The notes under the pieces were generated by a model. It did no database searches and was not told the origin of the DNA. It saw only the letters and a list, made by a program, of their open reading frames with translations. A stretch of 64,000 bases of DNA from Erythrobacter sp. (lineage in GTDB: Bacteria > Pseudomonadota > Alphaproteobacteria > Sphingomonadales > Sphingomonadaceae), in contig OZ245896.1 in the NCBI GenBank assembly GCA_965229665.1, forward strand, positions 1,078,320 through 1,142,319, in the 5' to 3' direction. The position numbers were made by a program, and so were the translations under genes. Shown one piece after another: positions 38,614 through 48,674 of the stretch. Each line of letters begins with the position of its first letter. The stretch's first letter is position 1.

Positions 38614-38777
38614 GCTCGCGGATCAGCCGGTTGGCGTTCCGTTTTTCTCTGGCTCATGCAATCTGAGCATGGCCCTCTAGGCCGCGCGCTCGCGGTTGCT
38701 CGCTGGACATCCGGGCCCGTCTGTTTCAGGTGGCAGTCTGACACTTTGGAAGACAGGCAAACCCCAGACAAATTCGT

Positions 38778-39998
38778 ATGAGCAAGAAGACATTCGACAT
38801 CATCGTCTACGGAGCGACCAGCTTCGTCGGCCAGATCATCACACGCTATATGCATGAGCAATTCACCGACGGCTCGATTTCCTGGGCAATCGCGGGGCGC
38901 TCGCAGAGCAAATTGCAACAGGTCAGCAATGAGGTTGGGCTCAGCGGCATTGAGATGATTGTGGCCGATGCCTCTGACAAGGCCGCGCTGGCCGATCTCT
39001 GTGCACGCACCAATGTCGTTATGTCGACGGTCGGGCCCTATGCACTCTATGGCGACACTCTGGTGGAAGCCTGCGTCGAAAGCGGGACGCATTATTGCGA
39101 TCTCACCGGCGAGCCGCAGTGGATCCGCAAGATGCAAGCCCGCCATGAGGAAGCCGCAATGGCCAGCGGCGCGCGGATTGTGCATTGCTGCGGATTTGAC
39201 TCGATCCCCTCCGATCTCGGGGTCCATTTCCTGCAAAGACACGCCACAGCAAAGTTCGGCCAGACCTGCGACCGGATCGACATGAGGGTGCTCAAGATGA
39301 AGGGTGGTGCCTCGGGTGGCACCATTGCCAGCATGATCAATATGGTCAAAGAGGCATCAGCCAACCCCGAGCTGCGGCGCGAGCTCAAAGATCCCTACAG
39401 CCTGTGCCCGCCCGATCATGGCTTCACCGCCCGCCAACGCAATGTGTCGATGGAGTATGATGACAAGTATGGCGGCTGGATTGCGCCGTTTGTGATGGCG
39501 GCGATCAACACCCGCGTGGTGCATCGGTCCAACGCGCTGAGCGACAGCAATTACGGCGCCGGATTTCTCTACGAAGAGGCAATGGCCACAGGCGATGGCA
39601 AGCGTGGCAAGCGCGCCGCGCGAATGGTGTCGCTCGGCATGGGCGCCTTGATGGTTGGTATGGCGGTCCCACCGATACGCTGGCTGCTCGAGAAAACCGT
39701 TCTGCCCAAGCCTGGTGAGGGGCCGAGTCCGAAGGAGCAGCTCGAAGGCAGCTTTGATTTGCTCTTCCTCGGATCCACGCCCGGTGGCGACACGCTCCGC
39801 TGTCGTGTGACTGGCGATCGCGACCCGGGCTATGGCTCGACCGCGAAAATGCTCTCGCAAGCCGCTGCTTGCCTGGCCAAAGATATTGCAGAGGATGTCC
39901 CGGGTGGATTCTGGACCCCCGCGACCTTGATGGGCGACAGATTGATCGAGCGCCTGCGAACCGACGCCGGACTGACGTTCGAGCTTCAAAACGATTGA
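38778..39998 (+). CDS. saccharopine dehydrogenase-like NAD(P)-binding oxidoreductase
   Basis: [20 protein letters not shown] and TVGPYALYG. Confidence 0.8.
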   Translation: MSKKTFDIIVYGATSFVGQIITRYMHEQFTDGSISWAIAGRSQSKLQQVSNEVGLSGIEMIVADASDKAALADLCARTNVVMSTVGPYALYGDTLVEACVESGTHYCDLTGEPQWIRKMQARHEEAAMASGARIVHCCGFDSIPSDLGVHFLQRHATAKFGQTCDRIDMRVLKMKGGASGGTIASMINMVKEASANPELRRELKDPYSLCPPDHGFTARQRNVSMEYDDKYGGWIAPFVMAAINTRVVHRSNALSDSNYGAGFLYEEAMATGDGKRGKRAARMVSLGMGALMVGMAVPPIRWLLEKTVLPKPGEGPSPKEQLEGSFDLLFLGSTPGGDTLRCRVTGDRDPGYGSTAKMLSQAAACLAKDIAEDVPGGFWTPATLMGDRLIERLRTDAGLTFELQND

Positions 39999-40037
39999 GT
40001 GAGAGAGCCAGCGCAGAGGCTGGGCCGACAGAATTAT

Positions 40038-40114
<77 letters not shown>

Positions 40115-40267
40115 GTGAGCATCACATCAGTGAGCGGGCGCTGCGCTTAGCAAGGTCGAAGCGCCGGGGCCAGACCGAATTTGCGACCAAGCGCCATTCC
40201 TCGATACTCTCGGGGCCTAGTCGAAGCACTTAACGCTTCCGCAAGGCAAGAGGGGTAGCAATGTCGC

Positions 40268-40660
40268 ATGTCCGCACTGCCACCCGACCAGACTCGTTCG
40301 ATGCGCCGATTTGCCGCCAGCCAGGATCATAATGCAGCCGAACCCAATGGCCTGACAGCGCAGTGGCAAGCACTCCATGCACTCGGCAACCAAGTCGGCG
40401 CCCTCGCAGGATTGGCGGGAGAACCCTACCAAGGCCAGATGGCTGAGATCGGACGAGACTTGATGACCCTCGCTGAGCCTCGGGCCGGTCTGGGCCAACA
40501 AGGCATCGAAGACATCCGCGCCATGGTATCGACGGGTCTGGATGCCCTCAAAACGATTGCTGACCGCGGTCAGGACGTCACGGCACCCGCAGTGGCGCTG
40601 TGGCGCGAGTATTTCATTGCCCGCGCAGCCTTGATCGATCTGATGCAAATTCGAGGCTGA
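40268..40660 (+). CDS. hypothetical protein (130 aa)
   Basis: Preferred over the overlapping 245-aa minus-strand ORF on codon third-position GC and plausible helical composition. No family recognised. Confidence 0.4.
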   Translation: MSALPPDQTRSMRRFAASQDHNAAEPNGLTAQWQALHALGNQVGALAGLAGEPYQGQMAEIGRDLMTLAEPRAGLGQQGIEDIRAMVSTGLDALKTIADRGQDVTAPAVALWREYFIARAALIDLMQIRG

Positions 40661-40760
40661 TTGGTCAGCGCCAACGACTGACGCGCCGCATGAACTGGCC
40701 GCAGCAAATGCGATCCCGTTCAACGCTTGACTGTGTTCCGCATATGTTCCACGGTGAACT

Positions 40761-41255
40761 ATGCTTTCGACTGCACCAACCGAGCCCAGTGCTGCCGCTG
40801 CCAGCCCCGATGCAGCTGCGGTGGCACGCGGAATCATGCGCCTGTTCGCGCGCAATGATATCTGGTGTCTTTCAGAGATGCCGCTCAAGAATGGACGGCG
40901 CGCCGACCTGATGGGCGTGGATGCCAAGGGCAAATTGGTGATTGTCGAGATCAAGGTCTCGCGCGGTGATCTGCTTGGCGATCACAAATGGCCAGATTAT
41001 CTTGAGTTCTGCGATCGCTTCTATTGGGGCCTGCCGCCCTCGCTCGATCGCTCGCCCCTCGAAAGCGAGGCCTATCAACCGGATCTGTGCGGCGTCATCG
41101 TTGCCGATGGCTATGATGCGGAGATTATTCGACCAGCGGCGCTACAACCAGTCGCAGCAGCGCGGCGCAAGGCGCAGACTGAGGTGCTTGCGCGAGCAGC
41201 CTTGCGGCGCCTGACCCATACGGTGGACCCTGACTGCATCAGCCGGTCAGGCTGA
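40761..41255 (+). CDS. MmcB-family DNA repair protein (PD-(D/E)xK nuclease fold)
   Basis: RADLMGVDAKGKLVIVEIKVSRGDLLGDHKWPDYLEFCDRFYW. Confidence 0.75.
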   Translation: MLSTAPTEPSAAAASPDAAAVARGIMRLFARNDIWCLSEMPLKNGRRADLMGVDAKGKLVIVEIKVSRGDLLGDHKWPDYLEFCDRFYWGLPPSLDRSPLESEAYQPDLCGVIVADGYDAEIIRPAALQPVAAARRKAQTEVLARAALRRLTHTVDPDCISRSG

Positions 41256-41321
41256 CAGAATTCTAACGCCGGCACTCAAGATGCTCTTTTGCAGTCAGTT
41301 CTTCTGCGCCATAGAGAGCGC

Positions 41322-42089
41322 ATGACGCTTCAGTCTCTTGTCCAGCTCGGCATGGCTGTCGGTTTCGCATGCGGAGCGGTCACACTGATCGTGGCGCTGC
41401 GCTATTTGCTTTCGAGCGGCGCTTTTGCTCTCCTCACTCAGATCGCGCGCCCGGGACTCTACCACGGCCTGGGAGGACAAATCCGACGTGAGATTCAGTG
41501 GTCGCTGCTGTCAGCGGTGATCTATGGAGTGCCAGCGGGCGCGACAATCTGGGTCTGGTGGAACCTGGATGGGACGTTGCTGTACACCGACTGGTCCGAC
41601 TATCCGCTGTGGTACGCGCCCGTGTCGCTGGCGATTTACCTGTTCGCGCAAGACAGCTGGTTCTATTGGACCCATCGTTTGATGCATCGCCCCTGGTGGT
41701 TCCGGCTGGCGCATTCGGTCCACCATGACAGCCGCCCCCCAACCGCCTGGACCGCGATGAGCTTTCATCCGATCGAAGCTCTGAGCGGCGCGATCCTCGT
41801 GCCAGCCTTGGTGTGGGTTATCCCGATTCATGTGGCGGTGCTGGGCTTGGTCCTCACGATAGCGACCATTATGGGGGTGACCAATCATATGGGCTGGGAA
41901 ATCTTTCCCCGCTGGCTCGTTCATTCACCGTTGGGTCGGTGGCTGATAAGCGCGAGCCATCACGAGCGACACCACGAGGAGTATCAATGCAATTTCGGTC
42001 TGTATTTCCGCTTTTGGGATCGGCTGTGTGGAACCGATCGCGGCTTGTCCAAGCGGCTGGCTGGCGAGCAAGCGCCACAATTGCGGTAG
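41322..42089 (+). CDS. sterol desaturase / fatty acid hydroxylase superfamily membrane protein
   Basis: Three histidine boxes: HRLMH, HSVHH and HHERHH. Confidence 0.85.
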   Translation: MTLQSLVQLGMAVGFACGAVTLIVALRYLLSSGAFALLTQIARPGLYHGLGGQIRREIQWSLLSAVIYGVPAGATIWVWWNLDGTLLYTDWSDYPLWYAPVSLAIYLFAQDSWFYWTHRLMHRPWWFRLAHSVHHDSRPPTAWTAMSFHPIEALSGAILVPALVWVIPIHVAVLGLVLTIATIMGVTNHMGWEIFPRWLVHSPLGRWLISASHHERHHEEYQCNFGLYFRFWDRLCGTDRGLSKRLAGEQAPQLR

Positions 42090-42502
42090 CCACAGCGGCG
42101 GCATTTGGCGTCAGCGCTCCCGTCCATGCCAATGAGGTAGAGATCAGCGTCACCAATCTACGCAATGCCAAAGGCGTGGTGCGCGCCTGTATGACCACCA
42201 ATCCGGATATCTTTCCCCGATGTCGCGAAGACCCAGCTTCGCACCGCACGGTGGTGCCGGCGGGTGAAGACTTGACCATCACCTTCACCGGAGTTGAGCC
42301 GGGCGATTATGCCATCGCGCTGCTGCATGACGAGAACGACAATGGCAAAGCAGACCGTGTCCTTGGGATGATGCCCAAGGAAGGTTTTGGCTTTTCGCGT
42401 GACGCCAAGGTGCGTATGGGCCCACCCAAGTTCAAAGACGCCGTATTTGAACACGGTGAAGACGCCCAGCAAGTCACGATCAAGATGCGCTATATGCTCT
42501 GA
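41987..42502 (+). CDS. DUF2141-family secreted protein (second copy)
   Basis: LLHDENDNGKADR and KEGFGFSRDAKVRMGPPKF. The start is uncertain (ATG 41987 or GTG 42026), and either overlaps the desaturase 3' end. Confidence 0.65.
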   Translation: MQFRSVFPLLGSAVWNRSRLVQAAGWRASATIAVATAAAFGVSAPVHANEVEISVTNLRNAKGVVRACMTTNPDIFPRCREDPASHRTVVPAGEDLTITFTGVEPGDYAIALLHDENDNGKADRVLGMMPKEGFGFSRDAKVRMGPPKFKDAVFEHGEDAQQVTIKMRYML

Positions 42503-42692
42503 CGCCCTGATCCCTGGGCCTCCGCCCCCAGCCTGATGACGTCACCCCGTCAGCCAAGCAACAAGCTATCCCGCACAACCTAAGCCTCAGCACCACGAAG
42601 TCGCGCCAACTTTTCGGCGCAACTTAACGCTATGTTTACCATGCAGCGCCAGAACCGCCCCCATAACGGGTAATAAGGGGCAGTAAGACGCC

Positions 42693-44375
42693 ATGGACAC
42701 GCTGCGAGGCACTTTCGATTCCGTCGATCAGACTGATGAGAACGAAGATTGGGAATCTGGCGAAGAAGAAGTCGCACGCGATCTTCCGCCGGACGCAATC
42801 GGCCAGGATGAGCGCCGGATGCAGGTCCGTGCCTACAACCACTGGGCCAGCCTGCTTGGCGACCGCACCTTCCCATGCATCGAAGATCTTGAGCCTGAGA
42901 ATCTTCCGGACTTCGGCCCGAACAGCGTTGTGCTCGATTTCTCGGTCGGGATCGAAGACCCGACCGTGCAGTTCCTCGGTGACCGTCTGGGTGAAGAATG
43001 CGGCGCGGAAGGTGTCATCAATCGCCTGTCTGATGTTCCGCCGCGCTCTCTACTGAGCCGGATCACGGATCATTACATGCAGATTCTGGCCAACCAGGCC
43101 CCGATTGGGTTTGAAGCCGAGTTCGTCAATCAGCGCGGCAACGCGATCCTCTATCGCGGGATCCTGCTGCCCTTCTCCAGCAATGATGAAACCATCGATT
43201 TCATCTACGGGGTCATCAATTGGAAGGAAATGGCGGATCAGGTAACCGCCGACGAACTGCTGCTTGAGATCGACCAAGCGCTGGATTCGGAAGCGGCCAC
43301 TGAAGAGAGCGAAGATCAGCCGCAGAAGCATCACACCGACCCGGTCACTGACTGGGCGGATTCGCCTGCCGCCGAAGTTGATGCTCCAGAGGAAACAGAA
43401 AGCCCGCTGATGCCGTCGCCGGAAGCCTTCCGCGACGAAGAGTTCGGCGAAGATGACGGACTGCCCCTGCCCAATTTTGGCGAATATGCCCTCGACGACC
43501 CCTATGACGACGAAGACGAAGACGAGTCCGGAGCGGGCTACGATTTCGCATCGCTGAGCGACTATATCGAGGCGCCTGCCAAGAAAGCACTCGATCTCGA
43601 TGACGCAGAGTTCACCGCGAGCGATTATGATCCACAGCCCGACTACGCGGCGGAGGCACTGCAGGAGGATGTCGAACAGCCAACTTTCGAGCCTCAGGAA
43701 GCCGTTACGGTAGAACCGGTATTCTCGGGTGATGATGAGGACGTCCTTGAGCTCGGGGAGCTGGACGACAACGCAGGGCTGCACGATTATCTCGCGGCAG
43801 CACGTGAGCTGGCGCAGACCGCCCGGGCCTCGGAAGACCGTAGCCGCCAAGCTCTCTACTCGGCAGTCGGCCGGGCCTATGATTTCTCGCTGGCCGCAAA
43901 GGCGGCCCCGCAAGAATATGATGAGCTGATCGAAGAAAGTGGGTTGAGCGTCCAAGACCGCGCGCCGATGACGCCAATCGTCAAGCTGGTGTTTGGTTCG
44001 GACTATGACAAGACGCGGCTTACAGAGTACGCCGCTGTTCTGAACCACGCCCATCGGCTGGGTCTCGAACAAGGCGCTCTCGGCCCATATCTTTGCCAGG
44101 CCGAAGGCGGCCTCAAAGGCGTTGTCCAAGCTGAACGGCGTCTGCGCCGCGAAGAAAGTGGCAAAAGTGTTGAACCCGTCGATAGCCCGCGCGCGGCACT
44201 TGCCCGCAAGTTGCGAGAGCTTGAAGCGCTGACGCTCGAAGCGCTGGCAGATGAAGGTCCAGAATTCGCTCTGGTTATGGTTCGCCGTCACGAAGAGCGC
44301 GGCGTGGAAGTCCTTGGTGAGATCGAACAAGATGTTCCAATGATCGAACGCGCTGCTCGTATTTTGCTCCGCTGA
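42693..44375 (+). CDS. hypothetical protein with an N-terminal PAS_5/DUF1457-like domain, an acidic low-complexity linker and an uncharacterised C-terminal domain
   Basis: 560 aa. The N-terminal block is YNHWASLLGDRTFPCIEDLEPENLPDF...AILYRGILLPFSS. The central stretch of about 170 aa is Asp/Glu-rich. Confidence 0.6.
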   Translation: MDTLRGTFDSVDQTDENEDWESGEEEVARDLPPDAIGQDERRMQVRAYNHWASLLGDRTFPCIEDLEPENLPDFGPNSVVLDFSVGIEDPTVQFLGDRLGEECGAEGVINRLSDVPPRSLLSRITDHYMQILANQAPIGFEAEFVNQRGNAILYRGILLPFSSNDETIDFIYGVINWKEMADQVTADELLLEIDQALDSEAATEESEDQPQKHHTDPVTDWADSPAAEVDAPEETESPLMPSPEAFRDEEFGEDDGLPLPNFGEYALDDPYDDEDEDESGAGYDFASLSDYIEAPAKKALDLDDAEFTASDYDPQPDYAAEALQEDVEQPTFEPQEAVTVEPVFSGDDEDVLELGELDDNAGLHDYLAAARELAQTARASEDRSRQALYSAVGRAYDFSLAAKAAPQEYDELIEESGLSVQDRAPMTPIVKLVFGSDYDKTRLTEYAAVLNHAHRLGLEQGALGPYLCQAEGGLKGVVQAERRLRREESGKSVEPVDSPRAALARKLRELEALTLEALADEGPEFALVMVRRHEERGVEVLGEIEQDVPMIERAARILLR

Positions 44376-44440
44376 ATTTTAGCCGCCGACAAATCTCTGA
44401 TTGGACTCGCTAAGCCATTGGGCCCTTGCGCAAGGGTCTG

Positions 44441-45418
44441 ATGCCGCTATCTCGCAACCCGAAACTTGTCAGCATTCGGGCAAAGGCGAGCGTGGTGGTC
44501 AAAGCATCGAAAGGGCGGCTTATGCTGATGGCACTCGGGATAGTGGGGGCAATCGCTGTCGTCCTGGGTCTGGCTTTACAAGTTGCGATCACACGCAATG
44601 GACCGGCGGTTCTGACCGCGGTCGACCGCTTGACTGGTGGCTCAGGCAATGCAGAGCTCAAAGCATCGCTGAGTTTTGGTGAAGACCCGGCACAACAGGT
44701 GCTGATCTGGGGCCCTATGACGCCTGATCAGACCGATGCTCCTCGTCCTGTTATCATCTTTGTGCATGGCGGGAGCTGGCGTTCAGGGAGCCCGGTCGAT
44801 TACGGCTTCCTCGCGCGCGCCTTTGTCCCAAGGGGCTTTGTTGTCGCTTTGGCCGGATATCGCTTGCATCCCACGGCCCAGTACCCGGCTATGCTGGAAG
44901 ATGCCGCTCGTGCAATTGCACTCACCCACCAAGAGGTAGACCAGTATGGTGGCGATCCGACGCGGATCACTTTGGCCGGACACTCGGCGGGGGCCTATAA
45001 TGTGATTATGGCGGGCCTTGAGGAGCAATGGCTCGAACGCGAAGGCCTGTCTTCCGACCAGTTGAACGGAATAGTTGGCCTGTCAGGTCCGTATGACTTC
45101 TATCCCTTTGATAGTGAATCGACGATCAATTCATTTGGCGAGGCAGCGCAACCCGAGGGCACTCAGCCGGTCAATCATGTCCGCGCGGACTCCCCTCCCA
45201 TCCTGCTTGTCCATGGCGAACAGGATACCCTGGTCAAACCGCGCAATAGTCGCGAATTGGCAGACCGCCTCACAGGTGCGGGAGCCAAGGTTAGCTTGCA
45301 GCTTTATCCGAGCATGAACCACAACGACCCATTGATCTCCCTCGCAGCGCCGTGGCGCAACTCGCGCGACGTCGACGATGCGATTGTGCAGTTCGCCAAG
45401 AATCCGGCCGCATTCTAA
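44441..45418 (+). CDS. alpha/beta hydrolase (esterase/lipase, HGG type) with N-terminal anchor
   Basis: VIIFVHGGSWRSG and LAGHSAGA. Confidence 0.8.
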   Translation: MPLSRNPKLVSIRAKASVVVKASKGRLMLMALGIVGAIAVVLGLALQVAITRNGPAVLTAVDRLTGGSGNAELKASLSFGEDPAQQVLIWGPMTPDQTDAPRPVIIFVHGGSWRSGSPVDYGFLARAFVPRGFVVALAGYRLHPTAQYPAMLEDAARAIALTHQEVDQYGGDPTRITLAGHSAGAYNVIMAGLEEQWLEREGLSSDQLNGIVGLSGPYDFYPFDSESTINSFGEAAQPEGTQPVNHVRADSPPILLVHGEQDTLVKPRNSRELADRLTGAGAKVSLQLYPSMNHNDPLISLAAPWRNSRDVDDAIVQFAKNPAAF

Positions 45419-45465
45419 GAAACTTCATTTCCGGTTCAGCGGCGATCAGGCTAGAGCATGGGGAG

Positions 45466-46821
45466 ATGCGTGTTTTTGCCCCCCTTCTCGCCTTGCTTTC
45501 GAGTTTTGCGCTCGTTTTCCAGCCCGTCGCGGCACAATCGATCTTGCGCGACGCAGAGACCGAAGCCCTACTCCATGACATGGCAGCGCCTTTGGTCGAG
45601 GCTGCCGGCCTGGCGCCGGGCAATGTCGACATCGTTTTGGTCAACGACCCGTCGATCAACGCATTCGTAGCGGGCGGCCAAATTGTTTATCTCCACGCGG
45701 GCCTGATAGATGCAGCTGACACCGCCAATGAAGTCCAGGGCGTTATTGCGCACGAATTGGGACATATCACTGGTGGCCATATCATTCGGATCAATGATGG
45801 CTTCGCTCAAGCCAATTCGATCTCGATCCTTTCGTTGCTGATCGGCGTAGGAGCTGCACTGGCAGGTGCGGGCGACGCCGCAATCGGCGCGATCATGGCG
45901 GGACAGCGGGCAGCCTTGGGCCAGTTCCTGGCGTTCAGCCGGGTGCAGGAGGCCTCGGCCGATGCAGCCGGAGCGGAATATCTTTCGCTTGCTGGCCTTT
46001 CAGGCCGCGGTTCTATCGCCTTCTTCGAGAAACTGAGGGGGCAGGAATTCCGCTATGCACGCGACCAGTCGGACGACGCGGCTTTTACCCGAACCCACCC
46101 GCTCTCCGGAGATCGGATAGCGCGGCTTCGAGAGGTATACACCGCTGACCCAGCATGGAATGCGCCCGACGATCCAGAATTGCAGGCTCGGTTCGAACGT
46201 ATCAAGGCCAAGCTCTATGGGTTTTTGTCCGAACCGCAGCGAACGCTGCGCAAATTTCCGCTCAGCGACATCAGCGTCGCCGCCCGCTATGCGCGGGCCT
46301 ATGCCTATCACAAGGATGCAGCCCTCCCGATGGCGTTGCAGGAAACCGACGCGCTGCTCTCGCTTGAGCCCAACAATCCCTATTTCCTTGAGTTGAAAGG
46401 GCAGGTCCTGCTGGAATCGGGTAAGCCAACCGAAGCCTTGCAACCTTTGCGGCGGGCAACCGAATTATCGCTCAACCAGCCGCTGATTGCGTCGATCTTC
46501 GGGCATGCCTTGATCGCCACCGAGGACGAAGCCAATTTCCCCGAAGCCGAACAAGTGCTGCGGGCAGCCGTTGCGAGAGATCGGTTCAATCCGTTTGCCT
46601 GGTACCAATTGGGAGTGGTCTATGCAGCACGGGGTGACATGCCAAGGGCGCGGCTAGCCAGTGCCGAGCAGCAGGTCATGCGCCGCAATTACATCGAGGC
46701 GCTGCGCAGCGCACAGGTCGCCGAGGCCGGACTCGAACGCGGCACTCCAGACTGGATCCGGGCGCAAGACATAGCGCTTTTTGCGCGCGGCGAGCTGGAA
46801 CGTTTGCGTGATCGTCGCTAA
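45466..46821 (+). CDS. M48-family metalloprotease with C-terminal TPR (BepA-like)
   Basis: Signal peptide MRVFAPLLALLSSFALVFQPVAAQS, the HELGH motif and the downstream EASAD motif. GGGAGA Shine-Dalgarno sequence. Confidence 0.85.
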   Translation: MRVFAPLLALLSSFALVFQPVAAQSILRDAETEALLHDMAAPLVEAAGLAPGNVDIVLVNDPSINAFVAGGQIVYLHAGLIDAADTANEVQGVIAHELGHITGGHIIRINDGFAQANSISILSLLIGVGAALAGAGDAAIGAIMAGQRAALGQFLAFSRVQEASADAAGAEYLSLAGLSGRGSIAFFEKLRGQEFRYARDQSDDAAFTRTHPLSGDRIARLREVYTADPAWNAPDDPELQARFERIKAKLYGFLSEPQRTLRKFPLSDISVAARYARAYAYHKDAALPMALQETDALLSLEPNNPYFLELKGQVLLESGKPTEALQPLRRATELSLNQPLIASIFGHALIATEDEANFPEAEQVLRAAVARDRFNPFAWYQLGVVYAARGDMPRARLASAEQQVMRRNYIEALRSAQVAEAGLERGTPDWIRAQDIALFARGELERLRDRR

Positions 46822-46848
46822 AACGATTTGTATGCAACCGGGGCGGCT

Positions 46849-47568
46849 ATGAACAACACAGTGACTCAAAACCTGGCCTATGCCCTGATGGCATTGGTGT
46901 TCGGCTTTTTGGGAGCGGCCTTGTGGTCGTTTTCCGGACTGGCTGACAATCGCACGCGCGAGTTTCTGATCAGCAATCCAGAGGTATTGCCACTGATGGC
47001 CGAAGCCTATCAGGAGCAGGAGGCGAACAAGCGCCTCGCGCAAATACGCGATGAAGCGGTGGCTCCGTTCAGCGGTGCGGTGCTGGGCAACCCGAATGGC
47101 TCGAAGGTGCTGGTTGAGTTCACCGATTACAATTGCCCCTATTGCGAAGCCAGCCTTGAAGACGTCGAACGCCTGGTTGCAGCCGACCCCGACCTCAAAG
47201 TGATTATGCGCGAATGGCCGATCTTTGAGGGCAGCGAGGCCGCATCACGCATCGCCCTCGCCGCCGCATTGCAGGGCAAATATGATGCCTTCCACCGGGC
47301 GATGTTTGCGAACTCGCCAACGACACCAGAGAATATCGAAAAGGCCGCGCTTGAAGCCGGCCTCGACTGGGAGCGGGCACAGCAAGATGCCGCCTCAGAC
47401 GCAATCAGCATTGAGCTCGCGCAGAATGGCGCCATCGCGCAGCAACTGGGCTTTACCGGCACTCCAGCCTGGATTGTCGGCAATCGCGCAATCAACGGTG
47501 CGGTCGGGTACGACACTTTGGCTGAAGCCGTCAGTGAGGCTGAGCCAGAACCACAGCCGGAGGCGTGA
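46849..47568 (+). CDS. DsbA-family thiol:disulfide oxidoreductase, membrane-anchored
   Basis: CPYC active site and an N-terminal TM segment. Confidence 0.85.
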   Translation: MNNTVTQNLAYALMALVFGFLGAALWSFSGLADNRTREFLISNPEVLPLMAEAYQEQEANKRLAQIRDEAVAPFSGAVLGNPNGSKVLVEFTDYNCPYCEASLEDVERLVAADPDLKVIMREWPIFEGSEAASRIALAAALQGKYDAFHRAMFANSPTTPENIEKAALEAGLDWERAQQDAASDAISIELAQNGAIAQQLGFTGTPAWIVGNRAINGAVGYDTLAEAVSEAEPEPQPEA

Positions 47569-48569
47569 TGCGGCCTTCGCTCACGACCCTGGCAGCGATT
47601 CTTACGAGCTTGGCAGCCACGCAGCCAGCCAGTGCTGAAATCGACCTTGCCTCCGAACGAGAGGCGATCGCTGCCTATCAGCAGTATGACCAGCGATTGC
47701 AGGATGTCGGCTGGCGCCTTGTCACCGGCAATGCCGAATTTTGCGACGATGCAATCCCCTCAGTCGGCCTGCAATTGCAGGACATCAGAAGCTATGGTGG
47801 TCCCGATATCGCACGGGCAGCGCTTGGCTTGACTGGCGACTTTGCGGTGCAGACCGCGGCGGAGGGCTCTCCTGCAAGTGGGCTTTCGCACATTGCCCCA
47901 AACATAGAAGTCGCCGCCGTTGGGGGGGAAGACCTCAACCAATGGCCGGCAGAACAACGGATGGATTGGGAGAGGCTGGTCCGGGCGCATGACCTGATCG
48001 ATCAACAGCTGGTCGAACGGGGGGCGTTGGAGCTGCAGTTTGCGGATGGATCAATGCACACGGTTGAGCCCGTACTGGTCTGTCCGACACGGTTTGAGAT
48101 CATGGGCAACAGCAGGCGCGCGGTTGCTGATGGCAAGCGTGTGGTCATCGGGATCGAGTTTCCGGGCTTTCAGTATGACGAACCCTTATTCGCGGCGGTC
48201 GTCGCCCATGAGTTGGCGCATAACGTGCTCAAGCACCGGGCCTGGCTGGACACCTACAAACGAAAACGGCGCAACGTCCGTGTGACCGAGCGCGAGGCCG
48301 ATCGATTGATGCCATGGCTGCTCGCCAATGCCGGCTATGATCCGCGTGCTGCCGTAGAGTTCATGACCAAGTGGGGCCCAAGCTACGACGGTGGTCTGTT
48401 CCGTGGACGCACGCATGATGGTTGGGATGAACGGGCCGAGTTCATCCTAAAGGAGGTCGCCGGGGTCGAGCAGTTGATGGCACGCTATGGGAAGGCTGAC
48501 TGGTCTCAGCACTTCGTGCGTGAGATCGATCCGAACAAGCCGAGGCCCAAGGGCATAAAGGGGCTGTGA
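47565..48569 (+). CDS. secreted M48-like zinc metalloprotease domain protein
   Basis: Signal peptide ending PASAEI. HELAHNVLKH followed by TEREADRL (ExEAD). GTGATG overlap with the dsbA-like gene. Confidence 0.6.
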   Translation: MMRPSLTTLAAILTSLAATQPASAEIDLASEREAIAAYQQYDQRLQDVGWRLVTGNAEFCDDAIPSVGLQLQDIRSYGGPDIARAALGLTGDFAVQTAAEGSPASGLSHIAPNIEVAAVGGEDLNQWPAEQRMDWERLVRAHDLIDQQLVERGALELQFADGSMHTVEPVLVCPTRFEIMGNSRRAVADGKRVVIGIEFPGFQYDEPLFAAVVAHELAHNVLKHRAWLDTYKRKRRNVRVTEREADRLMPWLLANAGYDPRAAVEFMTKWGPSYDGGLFRGRTHDGWDERAEFILKEVAGVEQLMARYGKADWSQHFVREIDPNKPRPKGIKGL

Positions 48570-48674
48570 GGCTTGCACAGAGCCAGCGGCTCACGTTCAA
48601 TGGTGACCCTTGCGCGACCATTGTGACCCAAACTGTCTGCCCAGAGCCGCAGAAATCCGCTACAGATTGATTTG

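Noticed and set aside
40217-40954. 245-aa minus-strand ORF spanning the tRNA-Arg/mmcB interval.
   Set aside because: Cys/Arg/Ser-rich, non-protein-like composition. It overlaps both the plausible plus-strand ORF 40268..40660 and the 5' end of the well-supported mmcB-like gene.
43050-44330. Very long ORFs antisense to confident genes. Examples are 43050..44330 (426 aa), 49781..51049 (422 aa), 58207..59319 (370 aa), 15877..16935 (352 aa), 33682..34692 (336 aa) and 29201..30331 (376 aa).
   Set aside because: These are typical shadow ORFs of a high-GC genome. They mirror genes with strong family signatures, their translations are Arg/Gly/Pro/His-rich with no recognisable motifs, and they lack ribosome-binding sites.
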